From a virus (lineage: Duplodnaviria > Caudoviricetes): a stretch of 48,483 nucleotides of DNA. The stretch lies in the IMG/VR virus record IMGVR_UViG_3300030372_005199, positions 1 through 48,483 of that record. One strand, written 5' to 3'. Both the position numbers and the translations under genes were made by a program. The notes under the pieces are model-generated. The model did not search any database. It was not told the origin of the DNA and was given only the letters and a program-made list of their open reading frames with translations. Positions 45,469 to 48,483 of this stretch are shown here, in pieces. Numbering within the stretch: position 1 is the first letter of the stretch; the number at the start of each line of letters is the position of its first letter.

Positions 45469-46227
45469 ATGAACAAGTCACTCACAATTGCAATGGACGA
45501 AGCAGACCGAAGCACCGAAGTAGAAGTCGGAAAAACCGAGTACAGCTTCCAGGACTACCCAGCAGGAACAAAGCGGATCATGACCACGATCGACTTCGCA
45601 GCGGAGTTCACCCGCGAGGAAACACCCGTCTACATGACGGACGCTTCTTGCAAAGGGATGCTCACGATTGCAGCCTACAAGTCCCAAGGGCTGCTGAAGG
45701 AGTGGTACATCGATTACAGCGTGCTTCCGCTCAAAGGTTTGGACAGTCACGAGGGCAACGGAGAGTTCGCGAACGAGAACTGGCTTGGGGTTCACTTCTA
45801 CGCTCAGAAGTTCGCTCAGATGGCGGTTGAGCTGCTCGCTCGCTGCGAGTGGGAAGTTATCTCAGACAACTGGGGCAACAACGCGCTTCGCCCAACTGAG
45901 CAAGCTATGGAGCAGCTCAAGCTGATCCAGCAAGTTGACGACATCGAGTTCTATAACAGCTTGCAACGCAGACGTCGCAAGAAGATCGTGAAGCTCAAAG
46001 CAGAGCACGCTCGCCTGGATGCTTCACACGCGGAGATGCTGGCGAAGCACGGTATCGCAAGCGCGGAAGAAGTCAGAGAGTACGGCTTGCGGATCATGTC
46101 CTACAACGAGCAGACAGGCAAGACGTTCGCAGAGTGCGGAGAGATGATAGAGTCCCGCATGGACGGAACACAGCCAAAAGACTTGATCCGACGAGCTGTG
46201 ATGTTCGCTCGCGATTACCCGCAGTAA
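45469..46227 (+). CDS. Hypothetical early protein
   Basis: SD AGGAG; 252 aa. Confidence 0.8.
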   Translation: MNKSLTIAMDEADRSTEVEVGKTEYSFQDYPAGTKRIMTTIDFAAEFTREETPVYMTDASCKGMLTIAAYKSQGLLKEWYIDYSVLPLKGLDSHEGNGEFANENWLGVHFYAQKFAQMAVELLARCEWEVISDNWGNNALRPTEQAMEQLKLIQQVDDIEFYNSLQRRRRKKIVKLKAEHARLDASHAEMLAKHGIASAEEVREYGLRIMSYNEQTGKTFAECGEMIESRMDGTQPKDLIRRAVMFARDYPQ

Positions 46228-46230
46228 ATT

Positions 46231-46296
46231 TCAAAATGAAACAAGCCCATCAGCCCACCTTCGCGTGGGCTTTTTGGGTGTCAGGCAATGAAGCCA
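46231..46296 (+). repeat. Two-hairpin intergenic repeat, copy C
   Basis: CAAGCCCATCAGCCCACCTTCGCGTGGGCTTTTTGGGTGTCAGGCAATGAAGCC. Confidence 0.9.
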
Positions 46297-46313
46297 CAAC
46301 GGAGGAACGAACG

Positions 46314-46703
46314 ATGACTAAACTTAGCCCAGCCCAAATGAAAATTTTTCAACTCTTCAAAATGATGCGAAAGAAAATAGTGATCAAAGAGGCACACAGC
46401 TTCGGCGGCGGACTTCGCCACGCTATCAACACTTACAAGCGACTGACAACGGGCGAAGGGTACGAAGGCGAATATCCAGGACTTCGTATCAATCTCTACC
46501 AAACCGAAATGAAAGAACTGGGGATAACCTTCAACAAGCGAACACTGTGGGCGCTCAAGCGCTTGGGATACATCAACACGTACCTCAAAGTCGATTCTTA
46601 CACTGGATACAACTGTGGAAGATACGCGAAGACCTACTATGACCAAACGTGGTACATCACGATGACTCGTAAGGGACTCAAAGTTCTTGAGTCAATCAAG
46701 TAA
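46314..46703 (+). CDS. Hypothetical protein, winged-helix-like
   Basis: SD GGAGG; RTLWALKRLGYI...ITMTRKG pattern; start reassigned to ATG 46314. Confidence 0.7.
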   Translation: MTKLSPAQMKIFQLFKMMRKKIVIKEAHSFGGGLRHAINTYKRLTTGEGYEGEYPGLRINLYQTEMKELGITFNKRTLWALKRLGYINTYLKVDSYTGYNCGRYAKTYYDQTWYITMTRKGLKVLESIK

Positions 46704-46716
46704 ACCGTTAAGCAAC

Positions 46717-46773
46717 AAACAAGCCCATCAGCCCACCTTCGCGTGGGCTTTTTGGGTGTCAGGCAACGAAGCC
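46717..46773 (+). repeat. Two-hairpin intergenic repeat, copy D
   Basis: CAAGCCCATCAGCCCACCTTCGCGTGGGCTTTTTGGGTGTCAGGCAACGAAGCC. Confidence 0.9.
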
Positions 46774-46793
46774 TCAAACAAAGGATTTTCAAA

Positions 46794-47123
46794 ATGGTAA
46801 TTGTAGGAAAGTTTCAAGGACAAGCTCAACGACTGTGGATGCGGGACGATCTCGGTTCGCAGTATCACGCTGAGTTGACTATGAACGAGCCAGATATTCA
46901 GCGTCACTTGTGGGGAACACCCAGGTTTCGCGAGGTGAGTCAGACCACAGACTTCACAGTTTGGAAACAAGACACAGCATCGCAGGTCATGGAGCAGATC
47001 GCTCACGGCACAGTGCAGAAGGGAGGCTTCCCAGCCGCTCTCAATTGCGTTGTAGAAGCGATTCGCATCTTCGAAGGCATAGTGGCAGAGGCGGAAGCAG
47101 AAGCGGCAGAGGTGACCAAATGA
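46794..47123 (+). CDS. Hypothetical early protein
   Basis: AAACAAAGGA leader upstream of ATG 46794. Confidence 0.7.
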   Translation: MVIVGKFQGQAQRLWMRDDLGSQYHAELTMNEPDIQRHLWGTPRFREVSQTTDFTVWKQDTASQVMEQIAHGTVQKGGFPAALNCVVEAIRIFEGIVAEAEAEAAEVTK

Positions 47124-47530
47124 ACACGCGAAGCAAAGCGTACAACCAAGTCCATGAGCTGCTGCTCGCGGACTTGCGAGAAGAGCTGTCTCTGATGCGC
47201 GACGTGTACCGTTGCCGGACCGAGCTGCTGGTAGCCTTGCTATCGCAGGCATCGGCCCAGACAACGGATCTGACGGAGCTTGAGCAGATACTTTATGAAG
47301 CACGCACGTTCCAATCGCAGACGCACGAAATGTTCCTCACCGACCGCGAAGAAGCTGTCGCATTGCTCGAAAATATGCGGGAAGTGATTGGCGGGGAAAA
47401 CACCCAAGCAGACATCCAACGCAGAGCGTCTCAAACTGCGACAAGAAAAGTCTTCTGGAAGTATTGCGCTGGGAGATGTCGAGAGCTATATGAATCAAGT
47501 AAGAGGCGATTGACTGAGTACCGCTGGTAG
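47120..47530 (+). CDS. Hypothetical helical protein
   Basis: ATGA overlap; SD GAGGTG. Confidence 0.7.
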   Translation: MNTRSKAYNQVHELLLADLREELSLMRDVYRCRTELLVALLSQASAQTTDLTELEQILYEARTFQSQTHEMFLTDREEAVALLENMREVIGGENTQADIQRRASQTATRKVFWKYCAGRCRELYESSKRRLTEYRW

Positions 47531-47624
47531 CGGTGCCACCTATGCATTCAGGGCTTCGGCGCTGGGTGCATGGAGTGGCTTCGTAATTTGCGAAGTCTTT
47601 CAAATCCAAACAAAGGAACAGAAA

Positions 47625-48128
47625 ATGAAAATCAACCAGAAACTCCAAAGCCAGATCCTTCCTCTCTTGAACACTCAAGTGTCTGATACCATCAGCACGC
47701 AGCGAGAAGCGTTCACCGAAAAGCTGCACAGCAGCCTCGAAGTTCTCGAGAACATCGAGGAGAACCTCGTGGACCTTTCGCCCGTTGAAGTTGAGATCGC
47801 TCTCGACCAGATGTGCGACCAGCTGAAGTCAGTCATGGACACCTTCCAGTCAGAGATCGCTTCGATCTGCGGAAACGAGGGAGCGTTGTCCTTGGTTCGC
47901 AAGATTCGCGGTATGAGCACAGAGGAAGCGAACATGCTCAAGGAATACAAAGCGGAGAAGAAAGCGGTTCGCACCGCGCTGCACCACCAGCGCCTCGCTG
48001 AACGTGCTGAGCGCGTAGCAGCGAAGAAGGCGGCTCAGGAGGCCAAAGCAGCGGCGGCAGCAGTAGAGGCGGCAGCAGCAGCCAAGCCCAAGAAGACGGT
48101 GAAGAAGCTTCCCCGTCGCAGCAAGTAA
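47625..48128 (+). CDS. Hypothetical protein with Ala/Lys-rich (histone H1-like) tail
   Basis: AAACAAAGGA leader; C-terminus AAKKAAQEAKAAAAAVEAAAAAKPKKTVKK. Confidence 0.75.
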   Translation: MKINQKLQSQILPLLNTQVSDTISTQREAFTEKLHSSLEVLENIEENLVDLSPVEVEIALDQMCDQLKSVMDTFQSEIASICGNEGALSLVRKIRGMSTEEANMLKEYKAEKKAVRTALHHQRLAERAERVAAKKAAQEAKAAAAAVEAAAAAKPKKTVKKLPRRSK

Positions 48129-48483
48129 ACCCCAACGGGTTCACTCCCGTTAGGTAAGAAGGCTCCCGCTCATACGTGACCGGGAGCCTTTTCTATTTTC
48201 AAGACCGTACGCATATCACGCGCGCGAACCCCAAAGCCTCCCCCTCCAAGCCCTTAGAACGTCCGTAGAGCGTCCGTCGCCACAGTCGCAAGCCCAAACA
48301 CCAGCCACAGCCGCCGCCCCACAGCGGATTCCCAGGCTGTCCGTAGAGTTCGCCACGACCAACAGTTGGGCAACACGCCAACAGCCGCTCTTGAGCCGCC
48401 CTGGGAGCCGCCACAGCCCTTCGACCCGTCTGGCGGGTGTTACCGCCCCAGCAGCAGCCCCAACACGGCACAAGCCAGCACAG
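48125..48483 (+). repeat. Terminal direct repeat, right copy
   Basis: See 1..359. Confidence 0.95.

Noticed and set aside
44104-46773. CRISPR array or integron attC array
   Set aside because: Repeats are separated by whole genes of variable length rather than 30-40 bp spacers, lack RYYYAAC/GTTRRRY ends, and no Cas proteins or integron integrase are present.

Overview
The window looks like an essentially complete ~48.1 kb genome of a tailed dsDNA phage (siphovirus-like: tail tube, tape measure and chaperone frameshift, no sheath), bracketed by an imperfect 359-bp terminal direct repeat. The minus strand (33601 to 4291) carries the late arm: HTH, ParB-like, TET/JBP dioxygenase, GT-B glycosyltransferase, TerS/TerL, MuF, portal, a multidomain XkdF-type protease, scaffold, cement, major capsid, neck, tail, fibres and lysis genes. 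The plus strand (34222 to 48128, continuing at 543 to 4232) carries primase-helicase, PD-(D/E)XK nuclease, SF2 helicase, SSB-like protein, PolA, RuvC-like nuclease and early ORFans punctuated by repeated non-coding elements. I recognised no integrase, DNA methyltransferase, reverse transcriptase, tRNA or CRISPR array. Highlights: (1) a hidden start-less ORF reachable by a -1 frameshift at A-AAA-AAG in the holin-like gene, which would add a YadA-anchor-like outer-membrane beta module (candidate new spanin architecture); (2) a ParB-TET/JBP-glycosyltransferase cassette next to terminase with no cognate methyltransferase (candidate base-J-like thymine hypermodification); (3) a prohead-protease polyprotein carrying a truncated UDG-like domain; (4) a four-copy covarying two-hairpin element and a duplicated ~290-bp regulatory block in the early region. 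All family assignments come from motif recognition by eye, not database searches.
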